A stretch of DNA of 64,000 nucleotides from Abditibacteriaceae bacterium (lineage in GTDB: Bacteria > Armatimonadota > Abditibacteriia > Abditibacteriales > Abditibacteriaceae): the NCBI GenBank assembly GCA_965277285.1, contig OZ255721.1, forward strand, positions 1,664,001-1,728,000. The letters are read 5' to 3'. A program made the position numbers and the translations under genes. Positions 41,051 through 50,947 of this stretch are shown here, piece after piece. Within the stretch, counting starts at the first letter, position 1; each line of letters starts with the position of its first letter. The notes below the pieces were generated by a model, which was not told the origin of the DNA, ran no database searches, and saw only the letters and a list, made by a program, of their open reading frames with translations.

Positions 41051-41413
41051 TCAGCCAATAAGTTCGCCGCTCTTGGCGATGCGAACTTTCTTGCCATCTT
41101 TGGCCGTCTGCATTTTCACGCGCGTCGCTTTCTTCGTTTTGGGATCAACCAGCGCGACTTTTGAGCGATCAATCGGGAATGGTTTTTCAACAACTTCCTG
41201 GCCTTGTCCGCCTGGCCCACCCTGCGCTTTGCGCTGACGATCTTTCATCACGTTGACGCCTTCGACCACGACTTTGCCTTCCTGACGCAAAACGCTCAAG
41301 ACTTTGCGCGGCGTGTTGCTTCTCGCAGCGCCTGACAAAACGATCACATCGTCGCCAGTTTTAATGCCCAGAACGCGGCGGCGCGGTTCGGGCGCTCGTT
41401 TGCTATGTGCCAT
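41051..41413 (-). CDS. rplX: 50S ribosomal protein L24
   Basis: IKTGD.VIV.SG, VVVEGVN, K.VRIAKSGE; operon position. Confidence 0.93.
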   Translation of the reverse strand: MAHSKRAPEPRRRVLGIKTGDDVIVLSGAARSNTPRKVLSVLRQEGKVVVEGVNVMKDRQRKAQGGPGGQGQEVVEKPFPIDRSKVALVDPKTKKATRVKMQTAKDGKKVRIAKSGELIG

Positions 41414-41782
41414 TTATACAACCTCCGGTGCCAGGCTGACGATTTTCATAAAACGCTTATCGCGCAATTCGCGCGCGACCGGCCCGAAAATGCGCGTGCC
41501 GCGCGGGTTGCCGTCTTCGTTGATAATCACGCCAGCGTTGTCGTCAAACTTGATATGGCTGCCATCGGCGCGATTGACGCCGGTTACGGTGCGCACGATA
41601 ACGACGCGCACGACCTGGCCTTTTTTCACAGTGGCGCCCGGAATCGCTTCTTTCACCGAACACATAATTTGATCGCCGATGTTGCCGAACTTGGCATTGC
41701 TGCCTTTGAGCACGCCGATGCAAAGCAGTTCGCGCGCTCCCGAATTGTCCGCAGCTCGCAGCCGCGTTTCATGCTGAATCAT
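41414..41782 (-). CDS. rplN: 50S ribosomal protein L14
   Basis: [25 protein letters not shown]. Confidence 0.98.
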   Translation of the reverse strand: MIQHETRLRAADNSGARELLCIGVLKGSNAKFGNIGDQIMCSVKEAIPGATVKKGQVVRVVIVRTVTGVNRADGSHIKFDDNAGVIINEDGNPRGTRIFGPVARELRDKRFMKIVSLAPEVV

Positions 41783-41868
41783 AATTTCTCCAGTCGGCGT
41801 TCGCAGAGTGCAGCCGACAGTGAGAGCTATCGTAGCCCGCCTGCCGCCTGCTTTCTGCCGCTGCCTAC

Positions 41869-42165
41869 TTACTTCGCGCGTTCGACAATTTCGAGGATGC
41901 GCCAGCTCTTATCTTTAGAAATCGGTCGCGTTTCCATGATGCGCACACGGTCGCCGACTTTGCACTCGTTGGTTTCGTCGTGCGCTTTGAAACGCTTGGT
42001 GACGCGCTGTACGCGACCATACAACGGGTGACGCTTCAAACGTACAACCGCGACGACCGCTGTCTTATTCATTTTATCGCTGACAACCAAACCTTCGCGC
42101 ACCTTGCGGGCGCTGCGATCTTCGCTTTCGGTCGTCGCTTCCACTGTCCCAGTTTCTTCCGCCAT
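41869..42165 (-). CDS. rpsQ: 30S ribosomal protein S17
   Basis: [25 protein letters not shown]. Confidence 0.97.
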   Translation of the reverse strand: MAEETGTVEATTESEDRSARKVREGLVVSDKMNKTAVVAVVRLKRHPLYGRVQRVTKRFKAHDETNECKVGDRVRIMETRPISKDKSWRILEIVERAK

Positions 42166-42226
42166 ATTTCGTTCCTCGTTCACTTCTTAACCAATCGAGT
42201 ACTCGATCCGCGCTTTATGTTTGTTC

Positions 42227-42306
42227 AGAACCCTGAGCGTAAGCGACGGGTGAAGTAAAAGTTCTATCAAATTGGTACTTCACCCGTCGCTTACGCTCGG
42301 GGTTCT
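42227..42306. repeat. REP-like inverted repeat, family A
   Basis: agaaccctgagcgtaagcgacgggtgaagta ... tacttcacccgtcgcttacgctcggggttct. Confidence 0.88.
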
Positions 42307-42309
42307 TGA

Positions 42310-42564
42310 TTAAACCGTTGCCGCTTTGCGTTCGCGGGCGCCCAATTCGGTGTGAATACGGGCGACCATTTTGCGAATCGCGCGCAGGCGCATCGGGTTT
42401 TCGACGTTCTGCATGATCGCTTGCGTGCGCAAGTTCAAAATTTCCATTTCCACGTCGCGCAAGATTTCGCGCAATTCGGTTTCACCAGCTTCGCGCAAAC
42501 GTTCGCGTTGCTCGTAAACCTTGACCGGCTTGGCGCCGCTCAAATACTTATTCAGATCCGCCAC
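42310..42564 (-). CDS. rpmC: 50S ribosomal protein L29
   Basis: [22 protein letters not shown]; position between rplP and rpsQ. Confidence 0.9.
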   Translation of the reverse strand: MADLNKYLSGAKPVKVYEQRERLREAGETELREILRDVEMEILNLRTQAIMQNVENPMRLRAIRKMVARIHTELGARERKAATV

Positions 42565-42982
42565 TGGCCGCCTCCTCTTCGCGCAAGATGAACTTCGCCT
42601 TCATCGGCAGTTTCATCGCAGCGCGGCGCATTGCTTCTTTCGCCAGTTCAGGGCTGACGCCGTTCATTTCAAAAATCACGCGGCCCGGCTTGATAACCAC
42701 GACCCAGTATTCCGGCAAACCTTTGCCCGAACCCATGCGCGTTTCCGCTGGCTTTTCCGTGACGGGCTTGTCGGGGAAAACGCGAATCCACACTTTTCCG
42801 CCACGCTTGATGTAGCTCGTCATCGCAATACGCGCCGATTCGATTTGACGCGAGGTCAACCAACCGACTTCCTGCGCTTGCAAACCATATTGTCCAAATG
42901 CGACCGTGTTGCCACGAGTCGCCAGACCGCTGCGCCGACCGCGCTGCTGCTTGCGATATTTCGTCCGCTTCGGCATTAACAT
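42548..42982 (-). CDS. rplP: 50S ribosomal protein L16
   Basis: [22 protein letters not shown]. Confidence 0.98.
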   Translation of the reverse strand: MLMPKRTKYRKQQRGRRSGLATRGNTVAFGQYGLQAQEVGWLTSRQIESARIAMTSYIKRGGKVWIRVFPDKPVTEKPAETRMGSGKGLPEYWVVVIKPGRVIFEMNGVSPELAKEAMRRAAMKLPMKAKFILREEEAASGGSE

Positions 42983-43022
42983 GAGAATTTCTCCTTATCG
43001 AGTACTCGAATTCCCAATCGCC

Positions 43023-43772
43023 TTAGCGACGGTCATTGCTGTAATCTTCTTCGACTTCGCGTCTGCGCTGACGACCGCGCGCCAATCCTGCGACGGGCGT
43101 CGCTTCGTTGCCGATGATGTCGCCTTTATAAATCCAGCACTTGATGCCGATGTTGCCATAAGTCGTGGCCGCTTCAGCCGTACCGTAATCGATGTCGGCG
43201 CGCAAAGTGTGACGCGGGACTTTACCTTCGTTCGAATGCTCGTGGCGCGCGATTTCCGCACCGGCCAAACGACCCGACGCTTCGATGCGAACGCCCTCGG
43301 CGCCTTCTTTCATCACGCGTTGGAGCGTTTGTCGAATTGCACGACGGAAGGCGACGCGGCGCTCGATCTGCTGCGCGATGCTTTCCGCAACCAGTTTGGC
43401 GTCCAAGTTCGGCTGACGAATTTCTTCGACCGTGACGCGCACATCGCGCCCGACCAATTTGTTCAGCTTCTTCTGCAACTCTTCGATGTCGCGTCCGCGC
43501 TGGCCGATGATGACGCCAGGTTTCGCGGTGTGTAACTTAACCAGAACGCGATTGGCAGTGCGCTCGATTTCGATCTTGGACAAAGCCGGATCGTTGGAAC
43601 GTTCGCGCGACGAGGCTTTCTGCGGCTTCGGCTTCAAAACCTTGGCGATGTAGCGACGCAGCTTCTCGTCTTCCAACAAGAACTCTTTGTAGTTTTCTTT
43701 TGAATACCAACGGCTCTGCCAGGTCTTGATGATTCCCAGTCGCAGGCCGTAAGGATGAATTTTCTGACCCAT
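43023..43772 (-). CDS. rpsC: 30S ribosomal protein S3
   Basis: [31 protein letters not shown]. Confidence 0.98.
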   Translation of the reverse strand: MGQKIHPYGLRLGIIKTWQSRWYSKENYKEFLLEDEKLRRYIAKVLKPKPQKASSRERSNDPALSKIEIERTANRVLVKLHTAKPGVIIGQRGRDIEELQKKLNKLVGRDVRVTVEEIRQPNLDAKLVAESIAQQIERRVAFRRAIRQTLQRVMKEGAEGVRIEASGRLAGAEIARHEHSNEGKVPRHTLRADIDYGTAEAATTYGNIGIKCWIYKGDIIGNEATPVAGLARGRQRRREVEEDYSNDRR

Positions 43773-44104
43773 TATGCTTTCTCCTCGACTACGACTGTGA
43801 TGTGGCTCATGCGCTTCATAATCTGATCGGCGCGGCCACGGCTACGCGGCAGGAAACGCTTCAAGGTTTTACCCTTGTCGATCATAATCGTCTTGACGAT
43901 CAGTCGGTCTTCGTTCAAGCCTTCGTTGTTGGTCGCATTCGCTGCCGCGCTCTTGATGACTTTGGCCAGAATCGGCGACGCGATATGCGAATCCAAGCGC
44001 AAAACGTCCTGCGCTTCGATGACCGGCATCCCCATCACCAATTTCGCCACGCGGCGTACTTTGAGCGGCGTCATGCGAAGGTCACGTAAAATTGCTTTTG
44101 CCAT
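43772..44104 (-). CDS. rplV: 50S ribosomal protein L22
   Basis: P.KVRRVA, KSAAANA, PRSRGRA..I.KR.SHITVVV. Confidence 0.97.
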   Translation of the reverse strand: MAKAILRDLRMTPLKVRRVAKLVMGMPVIEAQDVLRLDSHIASPILAKVIKSAAANATNNEGLNEDRLIVKTIMIDKGKTLKRFLPRSRGRADQIMKRMSHITVVVEEKA

Positions 44105-44123
44105 AATTTTGTAATCCTTCGCC

Positions 44124-44402
44124 TTAGCGACCAGCGCGCTCCGTATGTCCGCCGTGACGCTTGAAAGTGCGCGACGGCGAAAACTCGCCCAGTTTGTGAC
44201 CGACCATGTTCTCTTGAACGAAAACCGGAATGTGCTTGCGGCCATCGTAAACCGCAATTGTGTGTCCCAGCATTTCGGGGAAGATGGTCGAACGACGGCT
44301 CCACGATTTGATGATGCGCTTGTCGCCGCTCTGGTTCATTTGCACGATGCGCTTCATCAGCGATTCATCGCAAAACGGCCCTTTTTTCAGTGAACGTCCC
44401 AT
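44124..44402 (-). CDS. rpsS: 30S ribosomal protein S19
   Basis: [24 protein letters not shown]. Confidence 0.98.
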   Translation of the reverse strand: MGRSLKKGPFCDESLMKRIVQMNQSGDKRIIKSWSRRSTIFPEMLGHTIAVYDGRKHIPVFVQENMVGHKLGEFSPSRTFKRHGGHTERAGR

Positions 44403-44486
44403 AAATCACTCCAGTAAAGAGTAAAGGTTAAAGAATGATGCGTTCGAGTACTCGATACCCGTCACTTTCCATTCTTAACTCTTCAC

Positions 44487-45326
44487 TTATTTTTGTCCCC
44501 GGCGGCGAACGATCATCTTGCTGCTCGGTTTATTCTTTTTGCGCGTCTTGAAGCCAATCGCTTTGACGCCGGTCGCACTGACCGGGCCGCTCTTGCGGCG
44601 TCCAACAGGAGCTCGGCCTTCGCCACCACCGTGCGGGTGATCGTTCGGGTTCATCGCTTTTCCACGAACGTGCGGCTTGACGCCCTTATGACGCATACGA
44701 CCAGCGTTGCCCCACACGATACTTTCATGCTCGGCGTTACCGACTGTGCCAATCGTGGCGCGGCATTCGCGCGATACCAAACGCGTTTCGCCCGAGGGCA
44801 AGCGCAACAAAGCGAACTTGCCTTCTTTGGCTTGCAGAACCGCACTTGTTCCCGCCGAACGCGCCAGCTGCGCACCGTGTCCGGGCTGCATTTCGATGCA
44901 ATGCACCGTCGTGCCGACAGGAATGCGCTCCAGCGTCAGACAGTGTCCGGTGCGAATATCGGCATCGGCGCCATTGGCCACCGTGTCGCCAGCTTTCAAG
45001 CCTTCGGGCGCGATGATGTAGCTTTTCTCGCCATCCGAGTACTCGATAAGCGCGATGCGGCTGGTGCGGTTCGGATCGTATTCGATGGCCGTGACGGTGG
45101 CGACAACGCCTTCCTTGCGGCGCTTGAAGTCGATAATGCGATACAAGCGCTTGTGTCCGCCGCCGCGATTCTTCATCGTCAGGCGACCTTGATTGTTGCG
45201 ACCGCCGTTCTTGGGAAGCGGTGCGGTCAGTGATTTTTCCGGGCGCTTCTTGGTCAGATTTTCGGTTGTCAGAACCGTCATCGAACGGCGCGCCGGGCTG
45301 GTTGGATTAAAAGATTTAACTGCCAT
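44487..45326 (-). CDS. rplB: 50S ribosomal protein L2
   Basis: [28 protein letters not shown]. Confidence 0.98.
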   Translation of the reverse strand: MAVKSFNPTSPARRSMTVLTTENLTKKRPEKSLTAPLPKNGGRNNQGRLTMKNRGGGHKRLYRIIDFKRRKEGVVATVTAIEYDPNRTSRIALIEYSDGEKSYIIAPEGLKAGDTVANGADADIRTGHCLTLERIPVGTTVHCIEMQPGHGAQLARSAGTSAVLQAKEGKFALLRLPSGETRLVSRECRATIGTVGNAEHESIVWGNAGRMRHKGVKPHVRGKAMNPNDHPHGGGEGRAPVGRRKSGPVSATGVKAIGFKTRKKNKPSSKMIVRRRGQK

Positions 45327-45345
45327 GATGTCTCAACTTTCCCCT

Positions 45346-45651
45346 TTAAGCGCCTTCAAAAACTTCTTTCAACTTCGCGTCATTGGAACCCGGCGCGAGA
45401 GAAACAATCGCCTTTTTCCAGTCGGCGGCTTTGCCCTGACGACCGCGACCAACACGCTTCAGCTTGCCTTTGACGGTCAGCGTGTTGACGCCTTGGACTT
45501 GAACGCCATAAGCGCGCTCGACGGCCTGGCGGATTTCAATTTTGTTCGCGCTGGTCTTGCAACGGAACGAGTAGCGTCCGGCCTGGCTCAAGCGCACGCT
45601 TTTTTCTGTGATGAGCGGTCGCTCAATAATTTCGTAAAGTGGCTTGCTCAT
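45346..45651 (-). CDS. rplW: 50S ribosomal protein L23
   Basis: PLITEKS, ANKIEI..AVE, WKKAIV.L. Confidence 0.97.
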   Translation of the reverse strand: MSKPLYEIIERPLITEKSVRLSQAGRYSFRCKTSANKIEIRQAVERAYGVQVQGVNTLTVKGKLKRVGRGRQGKAADWKKAIVSLAPGSNDAKLKEVFEGA

Positions 45652-46310
45652 GCGCTTACCTCCGTTCCGGTACTCGATTGGCCCTTGCCTTCGATGCGCG
45701 CGCTCAATTCGTCCCAAGCGCTACGCGTGCAAACGACCGCTTCGCTGCGCAAAACATCCGTAATGCCCGTCTGATTAACGGCCTGCACCACGACTTTGGG
45801 AAGATTGCGCGCCGAAAGCGTGATGTTGGCGTCCGCTTCGCTCGTCAACAGCAAAACTTTCTTGCCGCTCAATTGCATTGTGCTCAACAACGTCACGATT
45901 TCCTTGGTCTTGGGCGCGCTCATCGAAATGCCGTCGAGAACGAACAAAACATCGTTTTGCAAGCGCGAGTTGAGCACGGTGCGAAACGCGGACTGGCGCA
46001 TTTTGCGCGGCGTGTCCTGCGAATAATCGCGCGGCTTCGGGCCGTGAACGACGCCGCCGCCACGCATGTGCGGCACGCGCTTGTCGCCCTGACGCGAGCG
46101 ACCTGTTCCCTTCTGCTTGCGAATCTTGACGCCCGAACCACGCACTTCGTCGCGTCGTAGCGTGCTTGCCGTTCCCTGACGACGACCCGCCGCTTCCGCG
46201 ATTGCGACCTGATGGACTAAGGCCATCTTCGCATTCGCATTGGCGAGTTTGTCAGGCGCGGACAATGTGCCCGCCGAACCCTTCGCGTTAAATAATTGAA
46301 TCTCTGCCAT
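45648..46310 (-). CDS. rplD: 50S ribosomal protein L4
   Basis: RQGTAST, KQKGTGRSRQG, GGGVVHGPKPRDY. Confidence 0.97.
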   Translation of the reverse strand: MAEIQLFNAKGSAGTLSAPDKLANANAKMALVHQVAIAEAAGRRQGTASTLRRDEVRGSGVKIRKQKGTGRSRQGDKRVPHMRGGGVVHGPKPRDYSQDTPRKMRQSAFRTVLNSRLQNDVLFVLDGISMSAPKTKEIVTLLSTMQLSGKKVLLLTSEADANITLSARNLPKVVVQAVNQTGITDVLRSEAVVCTRSAWDELSARIEGKGQSSTGTEVSA

Positions 46311-46379
46311 CTTGCCTCTCTTCGCGCCTCGTTGCGGTCGGACGCGGGTTACTGCTGGCCTCGACCTCAGACCACTTCG

Positions 46380-46491
46380 GAAGGATGAATTATGAAAGAT
46401 GAAGGATGAAATTCGGAAACACTGAACTCGAACATTGCAGCATCAATTTCGAGTACTCGATTTCATCCTTCATCTTTCATAATTCATCCTT
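46380..46491. repeat. Inverted heptamer-periodic repeat (GATGAAN) enclosing the palindrome
   Basis: aaggatgaattatgaaagatgaaggatgaaat ... atttcatccttcatctttcataattcatcctt. Confidence 0.8.
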
Positions 46492-46495
46492 CCAC

Positions 46496-47164
46496 TCACG
46501 CTCCGCCTTCCGGTTTCTTGTCTTGCGGAACTTTTTTCCAATCTTCCAGGAACTGATTCAAACCGCTCGTGGTCAGCGGATGCTTGGCCAGCATCTCGAA
46601 AACTTTGAACGGAATTGTTACGACATCGGCGCCGATGATGGCGGCGTCGCGCACATGGAGCGGACCGCGCGCGCTGGCGACCAAAATCTGCGTCGGGTAT
46701 TTATAGTTATCGTAAATCGCGCGGATTTCGCGGATGCACTCCATGCCTTCGTGCCCGATGTCGTCCAAGCGCCCAACGAACGGCGAGATGTACGTCGCGC
46801 CCGCTTTGGCGGCAAGCAAAGCCTGCACGCTTGAAAAGCACAATGTAACGTTGGTCTTCAAGCCTTCCTCGGTCAACGTCTTGACAGTTTTCAAGCCTTC
46901 GGGAATCAGCGGCACTTTGATGACGATGTTGCTGGCGATGTCGGCATATTGATGCGCCTGATCGAGCATTCCCTGTTTGTCCAGCGCCGTGACTTCCGCC
47001 GAAACCGGGCCGGGCACGATCTTCACGATGTCGCGCAAAATTTGGTCGAAGGTCAGGCCAGTTTTCGCCACCAGGCTGGGGTTCGTCGTCACGCCGTCCA
47101 ACAAGCCCCATTCCATTGCTTCACGAATTTCGTTGATGTCTGCTGTATCTAAAAAGAACTTCAT
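46496..47164 (-). CDS. tal: Transaldolase / fructose-6-phosphate aldolase family protein
   Basis: [39 protein letters not shown]. Confidence 0.93.
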   Translation of the reverse strand: MKFFLDTADINEIREAMEWGLLDGVTTNPSLVAKTGLTFDQILRDIVKIVPGPVSAEVTALDKQGMLDQAHQYADIASNIVIKVPLIPEGLKTVKTLTEEGLKTNVTLCFSSVQALLAAKAGATYISPFVGRLDDIGHEGMECIREIRAIYDNYKYPTQILVASARGPLHVRDAAIIGADVVTIPFKVFEMLAKHPLTTSGLNQFLEDWKKVPQDKKPEGGA

Positions 47165-47201
47165 CGTCGCACCGCCTTAATCGAGTACTCGATTCGAGTC
47201 G

Positions 47202-47897
47202 TTAGACTTTCGCGCGCTTGATCGCTTTTTCAATGCGCAACAAGCCGCCATTCGCGCCAGGAACCGCGCCTTTAACAACCAACAGGTTGCGTTGCGCATC
47301 AATTTCTACGACCTGCAAGCCTTTTTGCGTCACCAGTTCAGCGCCGAAGCGACCGGGACGACGCGAGCCAGGAAACGTACGCGCTGGATCGGTCGCGCCG
47401 TTGGAAGCCGGCTTGCGGTGAATCTTCTGACCGTGACTGGCTTTCTGACCTTTGAAGTTGTGGCGCTTCATAACGCCCGAAAAGCCGCGACCTTTGGTCG
47501 TGCCCTGAATCTTGATCGCATCGCCCGCTTTGAACAATTCGACCGTGATCGTGCCGCCTGCAGCAGGCAAATCGCCTTCGCCGCTCAGCGGGAACTCCGC
47601 CAGGTGACGCGTCGGTTGCGCTCCATACTTCTCGAAGTGACCGCGCTCCGGCTTGTTCGCTTCGCCGCGTCCGCGATGTCCGTTATCGCCGCGCCCGACT
47701 TTGGTATCTTTGCGGCCAGCTTTCAATTCGCCCAGGCCCAGCTGCACGGCTTCATAACCATCGGTTTCAACGGTTTTGTGCTGCACAACGGCACACGGCC
47801 CACATTCGATAACTGTGACGGGAACCGCGTTACCCGCGTCCGTAAAAATTGTCGTCATGCCGACTTTGCGGCCTAATAATCCATTAACTGTTGCCAT
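47202..47897 (-). CDS. rplC: 50S ribosomal protein L3
   Basis: GRKVGMT, PVTVIE, KGRGFSGVMKRHNF, KGAVPG. Confidence 0.97.
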   Translation of the reverse strand: MATVNGLLGRKVGMTTIFTDAGNAVPVTVIECGPCAVVQHKTVETDGYEAVQLGLGELKAGRKDTKVGRGDNGHRGRGEANKPERGHFEKYGAQPTRHLAEFPLSGEGDLPAAGGTITVELFKAGDAIKIQGTTKGRGFSGVMKRHNFKGQKASHGQKIHRKPASNGATDPARTFPGSRRPGRFGAELVTQKGLQVVEIDAQRNLLVVKGAVPGANGGLLRIEKAIKRAKV

Positions 47898-47992
47898 CTT
47901 TTCCTCGCCAGCGGTCATCTCATCGAACACATCGAGTACTCGATTGAGGCAGACATGCGCTTTAATTTTCAGGTGTTCTGATGTCAGAACAA

Positions 47993-48301
47993 TTACGACT
48001 TAATTTCAATATCCACACCGGACGGCAGGTTGAGGTTCATCAACTCGGTGATGGTTTTGGGATCCGGCTCCAAGATGTCGATCAAACGCTTGTGTGTGCG
48101 CATCTCGAAATGTTCCATCGACTCTTTGTCAACGAACGGCGAGCGAATCACGCAATAAATGCTTTTCTCGGTCGGCAACGGCACCGGGCCGCTGAGTTTG
48201 CTGCCAGTACGTCGCACGGTGGACACAATTTGCGCGGCGCTTTGATCGAGCAACTTATGATCGAACGCGCGCAATCGAATACGGATTTTATCGCCTGTCA
48301 T
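47993..48301 (-). CDS. rpsJ: 30S ribosomal protein S10
   Basis: [29 protein letters not shown]. Confidence 0.98.
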   Translation of the reverse strand: MTGDKIRIRLRAFDHKLLDQSAAQIVSTVRRTGSKLSGPVPLPTEKSIYCVIRSPFVDKESMEHFEMRTHKRLIDILEPDPKTITELMNLNLPSGVDIEIKS

Positions 48302-48405
48302 ATATGTTTTTCTTTCCTCTGCGAATTCCCATCAAGACTTTTCGAGTACTCGATGCTTGACCTCGCGGTTCCTTAATCTGTTTTTAGCAATTTGTCAAAC
48401 GCGAC

Positions 48406-48444
48406 AAAAAGGCCGGTGAGCCAAGTCCGTCGGCCCACCGGCCT
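48406..48444 (-). terminator. Intrinsic terminator after tuf
   Basis: AGGCCGGTGGGCC ... GGCTCACCGGCCT-TTTT on the minus strand. Confidence 0.75.
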
Positions 48445-48457
48445 GATTGGTTGCAGC

Positions 48458-49645
48458 TTACTTCGTGATCTTGGTAACGACACCCGCACCGACTGTGCGG
48501 CCACCTTCGCGGATCGCAAAGCGCAAACCTTCTTCCATCGCGATTGGTGCGAGGAGTTGGATGTGCATTTTCACGTTATCGCCCGGCATCACCATTTCGG
48601 CGCCGCCCAAGTCATCGACCGAACCCGTAACGTCGGTCGTGCGGAAGTAGAACTGAGGACGATAATTCTTGAAGAACGGCGTGTGACGTCCGCCTTCTTC
48701 CTTCGACAGGACATAAACTTCGGCGTCGAATTCGGTGTGCGGCGTGATCGAACCCGGCTTGCAAACGACCTGACCGCGCTCCAAATCGTCGCGCTTCAGA
48801 CCGCGCAACAAAGCGCCGCAGTTGTAGCCAGCGACCGCTGTGTCCAACGACTTGTTGAACATTTCCAAACCTGTGACAGCCGTCTTCTGCGTGTCGCGGA
48901 TACCGACGATTTCAACTTCTTCGCCGACTTTGATCTGACCGCGCTCGATACGACCTGTCGCCACCGTACCACGACCAGAAATCGTGAACACGTCTTCGAC
49001 CGACATCAGGAACGGCTTGTCGATTTCGCGTTCCGGCTCGGGAACATACGAGTCCAACGCGTCCATCAAAGCCTGAATCGGCGCTTCGTCTTCAGCCGTC
49101 GTGCCGTTCAAAGCCTTCAAGCCCGAACCGCGAATGATCGGAATATCGTCGCCGGGGAAGTCGTACTTCGACAGCAATTCGCGCATTTCCAACTCGACCA
49201 ATTCCAGCAGTTCTTCGTCATCGACCATGTCGACTTTGTTCAAGAAGACCACGATGTAAGGAACGCCGACCTGCTTGGCCAGCAGAATATGCTCGCGCGT
49301 CTGCGGCATCGGGCCGTCAGCGGCGGACACAACCAAAATCGCGCCGTCCATCTGCGCGGCGCCGGTGATCATGTTTTTCACATAGTCGGCGTGTCCCGGG
49401 CAATCGACGTGCGCGTAGTGGCGATTTTCGGTTTCGTATTCGACGTGCGCGGTCGCAATCGTGATACCGCGCTCGCGCTCTTCGGGAGCTTTGTCGATCT
49501 GATCGAAGGCGACGTTTTTGGCGAAACCTTTCTTCGCCTGAACTTTGGTGATCGCGGCGGTCAGGGTCGTTTTGCCATGGTCGACGTGACCGATGGTGCC
49601 GACGTTAACGTGCGGCTTTTTGCTTTCGTACTTCTGCTTGGCCAT
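48458..49645 (-). CDS. tuf: Elongation factor Tu
   Basis: [41 protein letters not shown]. Confidence 0.99.
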   Translation of the reverse strand: MAKQKYESKKPHVNVGTIGHVDHGKTTLTAAITKVQAKKGFAKNVAFDQIDKAPEERERGITIATAHVEYETENRHYAHVDCPGHADYVKNMITGAAQMDGAILVVSAADGPMPQTREHILLAKQVGVPYIVVFLNKVDMVDDEELLELVELEMRELLSKYDFPGDDIPIIRGSGLKALNGTTAEDEAPIQALMDALDSYVPEPEREIDKPFLMSVEDVFTISGRGTVATGRIERGQIKVGEEVEIVGIRDTQKTAVTGLEMFNKSLDTAVAGYNCGALLRGLKRDDLERGQVVCKPGSITPHTEFDAEVYVLSKEEGGRHTPFFKNYRPQFYFRTTDVTGSVDDLGGAEMVMPGDNVKMHIQLLAPIAMEEGLRFAIREGGRTVGAGVVTKITK

Positions 49646-49791
49646 CTCTGCTAATCCTCCGAGAAATCGGTGCCGAATATTCGGTCTGTTTCCGTTGTAA
49701 TTTCTAAACCGTCTTCTTACAACACTTTTCCATCTCAGCGCGCATCAGAGCGTGACCAAAAGACGAAAAAGAAGCCATCCACGAAACGGCA

Positions 49792-49820
49792 ATTATAACT
49801 GTCTCGCGCGGGTGCGTCAA
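49792..49820 (-). promoter_or_regulatory. sigma70 promoter for tuf
   Basis: TTGACG-17-TATAAT. Confidence 0.8.
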
Positions 49821-50073
49821 CGTTTCCAAACCGTTTGACAGGTGTTTCGCAGGCGTTTCAAAACGTTGGTGCGCCGTGTGAAAAGTCACTAAAAAACCTT
49901 TGCCGTGATCGCGTTCGAGTACTCGAAAGCCTCGCCTGCGATGCGCGTGCAAAGGTGTGGCACGCCTGCAATGGTTTGTTTCGTTGAGCGTTCGTCGATT
50001 GACGTTCGTGAGACGATTCCAGCGGCGCTTTTCGCTTGAGCTGAAAGCTCTTGCCTTGTGACGCCGCCCATTC

Positions 50074-50102
50074 ATTATATAAGGACGTAAGCCCGAATGC
50101 AA
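50074..50102 (-). promoter_or_regulatory. Second, upstream sigma70 promoter
   Basis: TTGCAT-17-TATAAT. Confidence 0.65.
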
Positions 50103-50203
50103 CGGTCAGCACAAATGTTTTCGATAATTTCGCCCATTTCTCCGCAACTCTGGAGACAAGTTCTAGTTAATGGCTTGGGTGGCAAGAGATTGAACCATCT
50201 AAA

Positions 50204-50286
50204 AAAGAACCCTGAGCGTCAGCGACGGGTGAACGTAAATTCGTTCTACGTTACATTTCACCCGTCGCTGACGCTCAGGGTTCTTT
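50204..50286. repeat. REP-like inverted repeat, family A
   Basis: aaagaaccctgagcgtcagcgacgggtgaa ... ttcacccgtcgctgacgctcagggttcttt. Confidence 0.88.
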
Positions 50287-50492
50287 CAATTGACTCACTC
50301 AATTGGACATGACCCGGTTTTTCCGAGCAATTTTGTAGTGAGCATTAAAGGCTTGTTAAGAACCGTGAGGAACTACAATCAAGGCATCTATTTTGCGCCA
50401 TGACGCGCGCCCTTGCAAGGCAATTATCGAGCAGAAAAGGTGTTTTATTTTTCTGCTGAAGACGTTTTAGAAACGACGCGGAGGAAAGAAAT

Positions 50493-50852
50493 TTGCGGAT
50501 TTTATTTGTTGATGATATGAGCGACACGCGCGAACTGTTTCGCATGGCTTTGAAGCTTCACGGAGTGGAAACGCGCCTGGCCGAAGACGGCAAGGAAGCG
50601 GTTTCCGCCGTGCAGCAGGAACGATTTGACGCGATTATTATGGATGTGGAAATGCCGCGCATGAACGGCTGGGACGCCGTGCGCGCCATTCGCCTGCTGC
50701 AAAATGGGCAGAACATTCCCATTATTATGTTTACGGCGTACGGCAACGGCGAAAACCATCGGCGCGCCATCGAAAGCGGCGCCAACGATTTGTGGTTCAA
50801 ACCGATTTTGCCCAAAGACATGATCTCAAGATTGAGCGCTTATATATCGTAA
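50493..50852 (+). CDS. Single-domain response regulator
   Basis: ILFVDD, IIMDVEMPRMNG, MFTAY, FKPI; GGAGG RBS with TTG start. Confidence 0.9.
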   Translation: MRILFVDDMSDTRELFRMALKLHGVETRLAEDGKEAVSAVQQERFDAIIMDVEMPRMNGWDAVRAIRLLQNGQNIPIIMFTAYGNGENHRRAIESGANDLWFKPILPKDMISRLSAYIS

Positions 50853-50947
50853 AACGCCATTGCAAAAGCCATCGAGTACTCGAACCTTCGAGTACTCGAT
50901 TTTTGTTTGCATGGGTTAGAATAGCAAGCGGTTTCAAAAGGCGATTT

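Noticed and set aside
48392..49654. Long antisense ORFs (e.g. 48392-49654, 1277-2530, 5692-6873, 40128-41237)
   Set aside because: Shadow frames opposite well-supported genes in GC-rich DNA; no recognisable motifs
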